Source of the DNA: Squalus acanthias
Taxonomy: Eukaryota
Length of the DNA: 64,000 nucleotides
Reading direction: 5' to 3'
NCBI GenBank assembly: GCA_030390025.1
Contig: CM059438.1
Coordinates: 52,888,001 to 52,952,000, forward strand
The position numbers and the translations under genes are program-made. Every line of letters starts with the position of its first letter. Positions within the stretch are counted from its first letter, which is position 1. Shown in pieces: positions 12,001 through 24,749 of the stretch. The notes under the pieces are model-generated. The model saw only the letters and a program-made list of their open reading frames with translations. It was not told where the DNA came from and did no database searches.

Positions 12001-15000
12001 TGCACATCCAAGTACTTTTTAAATGTGGTTAGGGTTCCTGCCTCTACCACCATTTCAGGCAGTGAGTTCCAGACCCCACAACCCTCTGGGTGAAGAAATT
12101 TCCCTCAAATCCGCTCTAAACCTTCCACCAATTACTTTAAATCTGTGCCCCCTGGTTTTTGACCCCTCTGCTAAGGGAAATAGGTCCTTTCTATCCACTT
12201 TATCTAGGCCCCTCATAATTTTATACACCTCAATAAGGTCTCCCCTCAGCCTCCTCTGTTCCAAGGAAAACAGACCCAGCCTATCCAGTCTTTCCTCATA
12301 GCTAAGATTCTCTACTCCCGGCAACATCCTTGTAAATCTCCTCTGTACCCTCTCTAGTGCAATCACATCTTTCCTGTAATGTGGTGACCAGAACTGCACG
12401 CAGTACTCTAGCTGAGGCCTAACTAGTGTTTTATACAGTTGAAGCATAACCCCCCTGCTCTTGTATTCTATGCCACGGCTACTAAAGGCAAGCATTCCGT
12501 ATGCCTTCTTAACCACCTTATCGTCTTGGCCTGCTACCTTCAGGGATCTGTGGACATGCAGTCCAAGGTCCCTATGTTCCTCTACACTACTCAGTGTTCT
12601 ACCATTTAATGTGTATTCCCTTTCCTTGTTAGCCCTCCCCAAATGCATTACCTCACATTTCTCCGGATTGAATTGCATTTGCCACTGTTCTGCCCACCTG
12701 ACCAATGTATTGATATCTTCCTGCAGTCTACAGCTTCCTTCTTCAGTATCAACCACACAGCCGATTTTAGTATCATCTGCAAACTTTTTAACCATACCCC
12801 CTATATTCAAGTCAAGATCGTTGATATATACCACAAAAAGCAAGGGACCTAGTACTGAGCCCTGCGGAACCCCACTGGAAACAGCCTTCCAGTCACAAAA
12901 ACACCCATCAACCATTACCCTCTGCTTCCTGTCTCCGAGCTAGTTTTGAATCCAACTTGACACTTTGCCCTGGATCCCATGGGCTTTTAACTTCGTGACC
13001 AGTCTGCCATGTGGAACATTATCAAAAGCCTTGCTAAAGTCCATATACACTACATCAAATGCACTACCCTCATCTACCCTCCTTATTAACTCCTCAAAAA
13101 ATTCAATCAAGTTTGTCAGACACGACCTTCCCTTAACAAATCCATGCTGACTATCCTTGATTAATCCGTGTCTTTCTAAATGAAGAGTTATGCTGTCCTT
13201 CAGAATTCTTTCCAATAATTTTCCCACCACCGAGGTTAGGCTGACTGGCCTGTAATTACTCGGTCTATCCTTTTCTCCCTTTTTAAACAAGGGTACCACA
13301 TTAGCAGTCCTCCAGCACCACACCTGAAGCCAGAGAGGATTGAAAAACGATGGTCAGGGCCTCTGCTATTTCCTGTTTTGCTTCGCTTAACAGCCTAGGA
13401 TACATTTCATCCGGGCCTGGGGATTTATCCACTTTTAAAGCTGCTAAACCCCTTAATACTTCCTCTCTCACTATGTTTATTTCATCTAATATTTCACACA
13501 CCTCCCCCCCCCCGATAGCAATGTCTGCTTCGCCCGTCTCCTTTGTGAAAACAGACGCAAAGTATTCATTAAGAACCCTACCGACATCTCCCGCCTCCAC
13601 ACACAGATTACCCTCATGATCTCTAATAGGTCCTACCCTTTCTTTAGTTGTCCTCTTACTCTTAATATATTTATAAAACATCTTTGGGTTTTCCTTGATT
13701 TTACGTGCCAAGAATTTTTCATGCTCTCTCTTTGCTTTCCTAATATCCTTTTTAATTGCATCCCTGCACTTTCTGTACTCCTCTAAAGATTCTGGAGTAT
13801 TTAGCCCTCGGTATCTGTCATACGCCTCCCTTTTTTTCTTTATCCTACCCTGTATGTCTCTAGACATCCAGGGGGCTCTAGCTTTGTTAGTCCCACCTTT
13901 TTTCTTTACGGGCACATGTTTGGTCTGAACCCTCTGGATCTCCTCCTTGAATGCCTCCCACTGCTCTGACACTGATTTACCTTCAAGTAGCTGTTTCCAG
14001 TCCACTATGGCTAAATCCCCTCTGAGCTTAGCAAAATTTGCTTTTCCCCAGTTTAGAATTTTTATTCCTGCTCCATCCTTGTTCTTTTCCATAGCTACCT
14101 TAATCTAACAGAATTATGGTCACTAGCACCAAAATGCTCCCGCACTGATACGCCTTCTACCTGCCCAGCTTCATTCCCTAAAACTAAGTCCAGAACCGCC
14201 CCCTCCCTTGTTGGTCTTGCTACATACTGGCTAAAAAAGTTCTCCTGGATGCATTTTAGGAATTCCGCACCCTCTATACCCTTCACACTAATTTTATCCC
14301 AGTTAATGTTGGGGTAGTTGAAATCCCCTGCTATTACTGCCCTATAGTTTTTGCACTTCTCAGAAATTTGTCGACATATTTGTTCTTCTATCTCCCTCTC
14401 ACTGTTTGAGGGTCTGTAGTACACTCCCAGCAGTGCGATCGCCCCTTTTTTGTTTTTCAATTCGACCCATATGGCCTCGTTTGATGATCCCTCCAACATA
14501 TCATCCCTCCTCACAGCTGTAATAGTTTCTTTAATCAATACCGCGACCTCCCCTCCCTTTTTACCTCCCTCTCTATCCCGTCTGAAAATCCTGTAACCAG
14601 GAATGTTGAGCTGCCATACCTGCCCTCTTTCAGCCACGTCTCTGTAATAGCTATAATATCATAGTCCCAAGTATCTACCTGTGCCCTTAGCTCATCTGCC
14701 TTGTTCGCTATATTCCTTGCATTGAAGTATATACTATTTAGTACAGGCAAACCTCCTTGTTGACTACTATCTAGCCCTTGATTCCTCTGTCCTTCCAATT
14801 TATTTTCTACGTTTTTGTTTTCCAATTCCAGTTTTTCTTCCCTCCCTATTGACTCTATACTTAGATTCCTATCCCCCTGCCAAGCTAGTTTAAACCCTCC
14901 CCAACAGCACTAGCAAACCCTCCCATGAGGATATTGGTCCTGTTCACGTTGAGGTGCAACCCGTCTGGCTTGTAGAGGTCCCACCTCCCCCAGAAACGGT

Positions 15001-16082
15001 TCCAATTCCTCAGGAATCTAAAGCCCTCCCTCCTACACCATCTCTCCAGCCATGCATTCATCTGCTCTATCTTCCTACTTCTGAACTCACTAGCACATGG
15101 CACTGGTAGTAATCCGGAAATTACTACCTTTGAGTCCTGCTTTTTAACCTCTTTCCTAGCTTCCAAAACTCTGCCTGCAGGACCTCATCCCTCTTCCTAC
15201 CTATTTCGTTGGTACCGATATGGACCACGACCTCTGGCTGTTCACCCTCCCCCCTCAGAATGCCCTGCAGTCGTTTAGTGGCATCCTTGACCCTGGAACC
15301 AGGGAGGCAACATACCATCCTGGAGTCACGTCTGCAGCCTCAGAAACGCCTGTCTGCTCCCTTAACTATTGAATCCCCTATCACTATTGCTCTCCCTCTC
15401 CTCTTCTCTCCCACCTGTGCAGCTGAGCCTTCCATGTGCTGTGGACTTGGCTCTGGCTGCACTCCCCAGAGGAACCATCGCCCTCACCAGTACTCAGCAA
15501 CGAATACTGGTTGGTGAGCAAGATGGGCTCAGGGGACTCCTGCACTACCTGCCTGGTCCTCCTCTTCTGTCTGACGGTCATGCATTCCCTCTCTGCCTGC
15601 ACACCCTTAAGCTGCGGGGTGACCACCTCCCGAAACATGCTATCCACGTAGCTCTCAGCCTCACGGATGCACAGCAGTGACTGCAGCCGCCGTTCAAGCT
15701 CCGTAACCTGGTGCTCGAGCTGCCGTAGCTGGCGACACTTCCCGCACATGTGGTCATCCAGACCACGGGAGGTGTCAAGGACTTCCCACATGGCACAGGA
15801 TGTGCATTCCACGGTCTACCTAATTATGAATGCTTCGTGCATTCAGATACAGTGCCTTTAGATTTGTCTTTTTAACATTTTTAGACATCTTAACATTTTT
15901 TTGGTACTATGGCCCTATTTGTCTTATTACCACTTTTTCTTACCCGGGCCCTATTTGTTAGTGCACTCCTTTGTTTGTACGCTCTGTCCCTTCCTGACAC
16001 AATCTGGTTATCCTTACCCCAATCACTTTCCTGCACTGCTTCCTTGTCTTTTCTCTTTAGCATTCTAGATTTCTCTCCACCG
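9011..16082 (-). mobile_element. CR1 LINE (parts 9011-11856 and about 15815-16082), ORF2 broken
   Basis: ORF fragments 9099-11955 cover the APE endonuclease (ITETW, YRPP, GDFN, SDH) and RT. Tail repeat at 9011. The start of ORF2 resumes at about 15815. Confidence 0.88.
11857..15814 (-). mobile_element. Near-full-length CR1 LINE with broken ORF1 (Zn-finger plus esterase) and ORF2
   Basis: ORF1 fragments CTSCAMWE..CGKC, HIGTNE and DGLHL at 14885-15812. EN/RT fragments at 12055-14825. Tail (TTCTATGA)n at 11858-11878. Confidence 0.9.
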
Positions 16083-18176
16083 AGAGAGCATACGGGATCC
16101 TGGGCTTTATAAATAGAGGTATAGAGTACAAAAGCAAGGATGTTATGATGAACCTTTATAAAACACTGGTTCAGCCACAACTGGAGTATTGTGTCCAATT
16201 CTGGGCACCTAACTTTAGGAACGATGTGAAGGCTTTAGAGAGGGTGCAGAAAAGATTTACATGAATAATTCCAGGGATGAGGGACTTCAGTTACGTGGAC
16301 AGATTGGAGAAGCTGGGGTTGTTCTCCTTAGACCACAGAAGATTGAGAGGAGATTTGATAGAGGTGTTCAAAATCATGAGGGGTCTCGACAGAGTAGATA
16401 GAGAGAAACTGTTCCCATTGGTGGAAGGGTCGAGAAACAGCGGACACAGATTTAAGGTGATTGACAGAAGATCCAAAGGCGACATGAGGAAAAGCTTTTT
16501 TATGCAGCGAGTGGTTATGATCTGGAATGCACTGCCTGAAAGGGTGGTGGAGGCAGATTCAATTGTGGCTTTCAAAAGGGAATTAGATAAATGCCTGAAG
16601 GAAAAAAAATTGCAGGGCAACGGGGAAAGGGATAGGGAGTGGGACTAGCTGAAGTGCACTTGCAGAGAACCGGCACAGGCTCTACAGACGAATGGCCTTC
16701 TTCTGTGCTGTAACGATTCGATGATTCTATGATTTGCCCAACTACTGCCCAGCGGATGCCCACGAAACTCATACGCCTGGTAAAAGCAGGCATAAGGCCT
16801 TCTTTTACCAGTGTAAGGGTTTAAATAAACATTAAAAAAAATTTTTTTAAATCATTTAAACAGTCAAAAACCTTTAGAATTAGTTTAGGTTATTTTTGAC
16901 CCCTTTAAAAATATTTAAATTTATTTTTCAATAAATAAAATTTTTGTTTTAAATGTTTAATTAAATTGTATTTTAATTAATTTTAAACATGCGATGATTT
17001 ACTTTTATTTAGGTTGTGTGAAAATGTATTTTTTAGGGGATTCCTATTATGCTTATGGGGATTCCATACATAAATGGAATCCCCATAGCATAATGGGAAT
17101 CCACCTTTTTGATTGGTTGGGCAGGTCCACGTGATCCCAGGGACACTTGCAGGCCCAGGAGCGCGAGACTTGGTAGGCCCGGTGCCATCAGGTAAGTATG
17201 GATTTTACTTGTGGTTCGGAGGCATTCGCCCACGGGAAGCCTCCGAACTGCAATTTCATGTTCATTAATGAGTAAGTATGGTTCCCTCGAGAAGAAGTAG
17301 ACCAAGAAAAGGGATGGAAAGCTGAGTGTGTATGGCTGCCACGATGACATTATAGGGGCTCAGTTTTTAAAAGGCTGTACAGAAACTTCACACAGGCTCA
17401 GTCACTTAACACCCATTTTACACAAGTATTACATCAGTAATGGAGATGAAAATAGCATACCCAGGAAACATCTGTGCATCCAATGGAAGTTGTAACATTC
17501 TTTTTAAAGGTGCAGCAGTGGTATAAATTACATTGAGAAAATTCTGGGCCCATGTCTACCAATTGCACCAGCTTGCTCGAGCTCCTAATCGACTACTTCT
17601 ACAAGGGGCTCCTTGAGTGAGGTTAGGTTGAGCGGTGGGTGGATGGATGGTTTTTTGGAGCTATAGTGCTTTGGGTGTCCCTTGTCCCATGGAAGCTGCT
17701 GTCCCAGAGGAACCAGCTTCAAACAGCGTATCTGTTGCAGTGTAAAGAACATAAGAACATAAGAAATAGGAGCAGGAGTAGACAATTCGGCCATTCGGTC
17801 CCTGGAGCCTGCTCCGCCATTCAATAAGATCATGGCTGATCTTCTACCTCAACTCCACTTTCCTGAACTATCCCCATATCCCTTGATTCCTTTAATATCC
17901 AAAAATCTATCGCTCTCTGTCTTGAATTTACTCAACGACTGAGCCTCCACTGCCCTCTGGGGTAGAGAATTCCAAAGATTCACCACCCTCTGAGTGAAGA
18001 AATTTCTCCTCATCTCAGTCCTAAATGGCCAACCCCTTATTCTGAGACTGTGACCCCTGGTTCTAGACTCCCCAGCCAGGTGAAACATCCTCCCTGCATC
18101 TACGCTGTCAAGCCCTGTAAGAATTGTGTATGTTTCAATGAGATCACCTCTCATTCTTCTAAACTTTAGAGAATAT

Positions 18177-19051
18177 GGGGGAAAAATTCAGTTGGTTGCG
18201 CCTCCCGTTAGCGCCTTAAGAGGGCGCTAATGGGGCGCAAAGCAACTAGCGCCCGGGCGCGGCGATGTTTGCGCCGCTGGTGAAATTAACTAGACATTTT
18301 GCGGCGCACTAAACACTACCGCCACAATCTCCTGCGCCGGCAGATCATGACGTTAGTCGAGTGCGCAACGCACCGGAGCGGAAATTGAGTGGCACCCCCT
18401 GCCTTACCGCCTGCCGCTAGCAACGACAGGTTGAGGGGAGCGTTTTGCAGTCAGGAAGGGACTGGGGGAGCGCTATTTAAAGGCGACCGCTTCCTGCCTT
18501 TTTTTGTTGGTGACATTTTTGAACCACGCATTCTGAGAGAGAGTGACTTCTGGAGAGATTCAACGCTGTGTGAAGGAGTTTTGGGTACTGAGCAGCACTT
18601 TGCAGGTTCATTTTGATTTGCCCTTCCTTGTATCAATTTATAAGAGACTGTGGGGGTTGCACTCTCAGCTCTTTCCCTGGTTCTCTCCATTGTTCTTTCC
18701 AGCAGATTTGATGTACAGGTCTCTCCAGGCCGAGATTCAAGGCTGCAATGAGCAGGATGTGGATGGAAAGCAAGATCAACCCTCCCCTTTAAGAACTGGC
18801 CGGCGCCATTGTGTCTGTGTTCCATTGCTGACTGACATCACATGAGCTTCTCCAGCGCTCTGAGTTAGCGCCTCGCTCCTCGGCCTTTGCGCCTTAAGAC
18901 AGATGTCTAGCGCCTGATTTAGCGCTCCAATCACCTCCAGGGGCGATAAAAGTCAAGTTTGCAGTCGGAGGCGATAATTAGCGCTAGGCGCTAATCTTTT
19001 CGCCCGGCCGATAATTGCGCCCCAAATGGGGCGATACTGAATTTTTCCCCC
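18177..19051. mobile_element. Non-autonomous Harbinger (MITE), deletion derivative of the 59087 family
   Basis: TIRs GGGGGAAAAATTCAGT / ACTGAATTTTTCCCCC with TSD TAT. The interior matches the reverse complement of 59087-59470 and about 62760-62964. Confidence 0.9.
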
Positions 19052-19780
19052 TATAGGTCTACTCTACTCAATCTCTCCTCATAGGACAATCCCCCCATCC
19101 CAGGAACCAGTCTGGTGAACCTTCGTTGCAGTCCCTCTATGGCAAGTATATCCTTCCTTAGGTAAGGAGACCAAAACTGTACACAATACTCCCGGTGTGG
19201 TCTCACCAGGGCCCTATATAATTGCAGTAAGATGTCTTTACTCTTATACTCAAATCCTCTTGTAATAAAGGCCAACATACCATTTGCTTTCTTAATTGCT
19301 TGTGCTATACCTGCATGTTAACATATGATTTGTGTACAAGGACACCCAGGTCCCTCTGAACACCAACATTTCCCAGTTTCTCACCATTTAAAAAATACTC
19401 TGCTTTTCTATTTTTCCTACCAAAATGGATAACTTCACATTTCTGTTAACTGCCTGGATAAGCCTATTTTCACAGCGGTTTTTGATTTTTCAACACTTTC
19501 TGTGTGTTCTACGCCATTCCCAAACCACGCCAGCTGGTTGTGCCGGGTGCACCAAGTGGCTGACTTCTTGACAGCTGCAGCTGCAGCATAAAAACGGAGC
19601 TCTCACCAAGGCTCACTTACAGATGACAGAACTTTGTTATTTCAGGTCTTGGAAATCTTTTTGCAGGTCTACTGATCTTGTAAGTGGTGAAGCTGAGATC
19701 CATCTCCACTGTGACCTCCTGGAAAAACCCTCTCCCCACATTCACTGAGCACTTCCTCAACTGAGATATCTACCAGCATC

Positions 19781-20991
19781 ATGGGAACCATTTATACCCT
19801 GTCATCCTGGTCCTCAGATTCAGAGGAAGAGCAGCCGTGGCAGCAGCAGAACCAGGCACAACAGCAACAGCAACAACAGGAGCGCCAACCTCCTCCTCAC
19901 CCACCTGATGTTGCACAGGGCAGAGAGCGTCAGTGCAGGGCTGCACGTTGCCACAGGAGATACCCCCAAGACAGGGTTTACAGGCCGAGGATGACCTTCG
20001 TCAACATGACTGAGCAACAGTGCCAAAGGAGGCTGAGACTTTCATGAGAGGTAGTCACTGACATCTGCGTAATGCTGCACCAACACCTGGAGCCCAGAGG
20101 AGCAGGTGGACACCCCTTACCAGTGGCTGTCAAAGTCACCACCGCCCTCATTTTTTTTGCTTCAGGGTCCTTCCAGGGATCATCAGCAGACATCAGCGGC
20201 ATCTCCCAGTTGGCCGGACCTACTTGCATCATGCAGGTTACCGATGCCCTCTTTGCAAAGGCGCACAACTGCATCCCTTCTCCACGGATCAAGCAAGTAT
20301 AACCGTGCGTGCGGTTGGCTTTGCAAATATGGCAGACTTGCCAAGGGTGCAGGGCGTCATAGACTGCACACATGTGGCCATTAGGGCACCCCATCACAAC
20401 CCAATTGTTTTTGTCAACCGCAAGGTCTTCCACTCCTTTAACGTCCAGCTGGTGTGTAACCACAGGAAGGAGATTATGCATGTTTGCGCAAAGTACCCTG
20501 GCAGTTGCCATGACTCCTTCATCCTGCGGCAATCTAGTGTGCCTCCACTCTTCAATCCGCCAAGACAACTTTCCGGATGGCTACTTGGAGACAAGGGCTA
20601 TCCCCTGAAGACGTGGCTAATGACGATGTTGAGGAGGCCATCGAACGAAGCAGAGGAGCATTACAATGCCAGCCATATTTTGACCAGATCCATCATCAAG
20701 CAAACCATCGGCTTGCTCAAAATGCGATTCAGATGCCTTGACAGATCAGGTGGAGTCCTACAGTACTCAGCAGCCAGGGTCTCCAGAATCGTCGTGGTCT
20801 GCTGTGCACTGCACAACACCGCACAGCATCGTGGCTTGCAGCTGCCTGAGGAACAAGTGGCTCAGCGCATAGCCTCCTCAGATGAGGAGGAGGAGAAGGA
20901 GGAAGACTTTGCCGAGGCGGATGAGCCAGCTCCAGCAGCATGCGAGCACATTGCTGCCCGTGATGCACTAATCTTTGCCAGATTCGCTTAG
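19781..20991 (+). pseudogene. Harbinger DDE transposase, disrupted
   Basis: Motifs [30 protein letters not shown] and CCALHN. Stop at 20045-20047 and a frameshift near 20270. The third catalytic E reads K (IIKQTIG). Confidence 0.9.
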
Positions 20992-21251
20992 GTAGATGAA
21001 TCAAACACATGTGGCTGGCACCTTATCACACCATACACAATGTACAAGAACCTGTGTGTTCCTATCACTCTCACCACCATCATTACAAATGCAAGTCGCC
21101 CTGAACCCTCAATGTGCAACTTCCATTTCCCAGAACACATAGGCCAGACCTTCAACTGTTTGCCATCACTTCTGTTTAACACATGCACAAAAGGATGACA
21201 ATGCCAAATATTAAAGACAACAAAATACAACAGAACAGAACACCCAAGTGA

Positions 21252-23290
21252 CTACCCTTGTGACTAATTGTGCTTTAACTTCCTCTTACACGTGCTTCTA
21301 CGTGATGCTTCCCCTGTGGCTTCAGCAGATGTGGAGGCACCTTGCTTACTTTCATGCTACTCCTGCTTCGACACCTTTGGCGGGCATCCTCTGGGTTTGC
21401 GAGCCTGTGAGGGCTCGGCAACAGTCTGCTCCTCCTGCAGCTGTGCAGGGGCTGAGACGCCCATCTCAGTTGGGATGAGGACTCTGGTGGGGCTCTGACC
21501 GAGGGCTACGCAGTGGCATGGGAGTGTGAGCGCTTGGAGAGGAGCCCACACTTCCTTGTTGCCTGCCACCAACATTCCTCTCATGGGCCGGCCCCACTTC
21601 AGTGCTAGCAAGTGGCTGGACAGCACCTTGCTGCACATCAGGGGGGCCATGAGGACCCGTATCTGCACTGGCAGTTCTCCTCAAAAGGACTTCCATGAAG
21701 CTCTGGTTTCTCTGCTCAATAGATGCCCATCGCTCCTCCAGAGATGTCAATCTATTCTGAACATTCACCATGTTTTCCTGACTCTGGCGTCTTATTTCCT
21801 CCATGACCGTAGCCATCCTTTCCTCTACATAGCCATCCTTTCCACGGAGGTAGCCATCCTTTCCACGGAGGTAGTTATCCTGTCCACGGAAGTTGCCATC
21901 CTTCCCACGGAGGTTGCCATCCTTTCCATGGTGGTGCGTTCATGCGCTATTACCTCCACAAAGGTACTGCTCATGTTAGACATGGACTCCTCCATCGTCT
22001 CCACACTCGCAGTAACCCTGGATGCAAAACCTGCTAGAGACTCCTGCACTTGTTCCTGGAGTTCCAGCACTGCTCTCTTTCTGGATGGCCCCAGAGGCAC
22101 AGGGTCCACATGCAGCTTAGGAGAGCTGGGAGCGCCCTGCGGCCTCTGACAAGGACTCTCCACTGCTGTCCCTGTCTCCACCATCTGCTGATGCTCACTT
22201 GTGAGCTGTGATACACCAGGTGACAACACTACTCTATCTCCCGAAGGCCCCACCGAGGTGTGCATATCTGCGCTGGTGCTGGGACCACTTAATTCTGCTG
22301 ACGCTGCGCCCTCAGAGGTTACAGCTTCCTCTGAGGAGTCTTCAGGCTCAGGCTCTTCCTCCTGGACAGTGGGGAGGGGGGCTGTCGATGGTCCTGTGGG
22401 GGAGTAAAGGCATGAATTAGACATGTGATATTAACATCACATGCACATCGATTTGTGCAGATGATCATAAGTCAATCTGTTTGAACATCAGATGCCATAT
22501 CAGTCACTCATGCAATGTAAATGAGAGAGATTGAAATCTATTCTGTCACCAGCTTGCTCTGCTGCGCCTGTCTGACCGTCCCCCACTTCCAGATCCTCAA
22601 CACCTCTGATGATTGAGTGCCGCCTCCTCAGCATTGGTCAGATTGGAAATGGAAGGTGGCCCTCCTCCTGTCATAGCCCTCTCCCTTTTATTGTGGGCTC
22701 TCTTTTCCTGCAATGAGGGACACAAGTGGAGTTTGAGTGAGAATGATGGAGTGAGTGTAGAGAATCCATAGCATAGATGCTTAGAAGGAGACAAAGATGG
22801 AGTGAGGTGCCAATACCAAGGGCCCTCCCTGTGTGTTGTTAGCTGTTGGCATTGCATAACAGTGATAGTGAGTGTGAGGGCAGCATAGTCGAATAGTGAA
22901 GTGATTGTGTACATAGAGAGAGAGGGATGGTTAAGGGTGCAAGGGATGTAAGGGTAAAGCGGGATGTGCAGGAGTAGGTTGACAATGCAGAGTGCTGGTG
23001 ATGAGAGGAGATGGGGAGCAGATTGAGGGCAAGTGTGATGTTATACTCACTTTTCCTGAGCATACCAGGTCATTAAACCTTTTCCTGCACTGCACCCAGG
23101 ATTGAGTGCACAATGATCTGGAGCTGACCTCCTGAGCAACTTGCAGCCAGGCTGCTTTGCTTGGCTGTGGAGGCTTCCTCCGTCCAGAGGATGGGAAGAG
23201 TACCTCCTTGCACCCTCTGACTCCCTCCACAAGAGCATGGAGGGAGTCATCATCAAAACGGGGTGAAGCCTTGGCCCTTGAAGCAGTCAT
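21252..23290 (-). pseudogene. Harbinger Myb/SANT-like gene, 3 exons, disrupted
   Basis: Exons 23290-23051, 22707-22550 and 22393-21252. Motifs WLQVAQEV and WVQCRKRFNDL. ERMATSV heptad repeats. Confidence 0.85.
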
Positions 23291-24535
23291 GACAGCAGTT
23301 GGTAGCACAAAATCCAGCATCAAATAATGAGAGAATGAAAGAAGGCTGCATGGGCCCCTTAAATGCAGCTGGTTGACAGATGTCAGCAGAGATGAGCAGC
23401 AGTCCTAAAACCACTAATTGGCCAGGATAGCGCGCACACAGGGACTCAATAGCCCAATTAGGGCAAAATTGCAATTTTTGACCGGCTGAAAGCAGCGGCG
23501 GGACTGGAATCCGCCAACCACCTGACCCGCACCCAACCCGCCACCAATGAGAAAATCGCGGTCAAAGTATTTGTTTAATTTCTCTGCCATTTCCTTATTC
23601 CCCATTATAATTTCTCCTGTCTCAGCCTGTAAGGGACCCATATTTACTTTCACTAATCTTTTCCTTTTTACATACCTATAGAAGCTTTTACAGTCTGCTT
23701 TCATGTCTCTCGCTAGTTTACTCTCATATTCTATTTTCCCTTTCTTTATCAATTTCTTGGTCCTCCTTTGCTGAATTCTAAAACTCTCCGGGGGAAAAAT
23801 TGGGAAGGTTTGCAGCTCTCGTTAATTCTTTAAATGCTATCCATTGCTTGTCTACCATCATACCTTTTAATGTAGTTTCCCAATCTACCTTAGCCAACTC
23901 GCCCCTCATACCTACATAGTTTGCTTTGTTTAGATTTAAGACCCTAGTTTCAGATTAAACAAAATCACTTTTGAAATTAACATAAAATTCCATCATATTA
24001 TGGTCACTCTTCCCTAAAGGCCCCTTTACTGCAAGGTTATTAATTAACCCTTTCCCATTGCACAATACTAGATCTAAAATAGCCTGTTCCCTAGTTGGTT
24101 CCCCAATATACTGATCTAGAAAACTATCTTGTATACATTCCATGAATTTGTCCTCCACACTATTGCAGCAAATTTGTAGATTAAAGACCCCCATGATTAC
24201 TGTATTACCCTTGTTACATGCGCCTCTAATTTCCTGATTTATACTCTGCCCTACATTACAAATACTGTTTGGGGGCCTATAAACAACTCCCATCAATGTT
24301 TGCTGCCCCTTGCTGTTTCTTAGCTCCACCCAAACTGATTCTACTTCTAGATTTTCGGAGCTAAGATCCTTTCTCTCTTTATCCTAGCCTTTATTATCAG
24401 GGCTACCCCTCCTCCTTTTCCATTTTGCCTATCTCTTCTAAAAGTTAAGCTATCCTGGAATATTTAGTTCCCAACCTTGGTCACTTTGCAACCACATCTC
24501 CGTAATGGCTATTCGATTAAACCTATTAATTTCTA

Positions 24536-24749
24536 GTACAATAGCAAAATACTGCGGATGCTGGAAATCTGAAGTAACAACAGAAAATGCTGGAAACACT
24601 CAGCAGGTCAGGCAGCATCTGTGGAGAGAAAAAAAGAGTTAACATTTCAGGTCGATGACCCTTCGTCTGACCTCAAACGTTAACTCTGTTTTACTCTCTC
24701 CACGGATGCTGCCTGACCTGCTCAGTGTTTCCAGCATTTTCTGTTGTTA
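24536..24749. mobile_element. Penelope-like (PLE) 3'-end fragment arranged as a fold-back
   Basis: Homologous to the terminal parts of the elements at 27907 and 35228. Internal inverted repeat. 13-bp TSD CTATTAATTTCTA at 24523-24535 and 24750-24762. Confidence 0.75.

Larger units (their letters stand above)
8384..16731 (+). mobile_element. 5'-truncated CR1 LINE (parts 8384-9010 and about 16083-16731) interrupted by minus-strand CR1s
   Basis: RT motifs DFQKAFDKVPH, VPQGSVLG and FADD. Sequence resumes at GCATACGGGATCC and ends in the tail GATTCGATGATTCTATG. Flanked by ATTTG at both ends. Confidence 0.85.
8197..17263. mobile_element. Harbinger-type MITE split by nested CR1s (parts about 8197-8383 and 16732-17263)
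   Basis: Starts GGCCTGGAATTT, the same TIR start as the MITE at 57340. The internal hairpin CGCTGGCGCAG..GTTGGGC/GCCCAAC..CTGCCCAGCG re-forms when 8384-16731 is removed. Right end is approximate. Confidence 0.7.
19446..23563 (+). mobile_element. PIF/Harbinger two-gene element (copy 2), left end deleted
   Basis: Collinear with copy 1. Right terminus GAAAATCGCGGTC. No left TIR found. Confidence 0.85.

Noticed and set aside
12461..12943. Long antisense ORFs over CR1 and Harbinger sequence (also 1965-2504, 19978-20568, 21526-22149)
   Set aside because: They are shadow frames of TE coding regions with no independent protein motifs.
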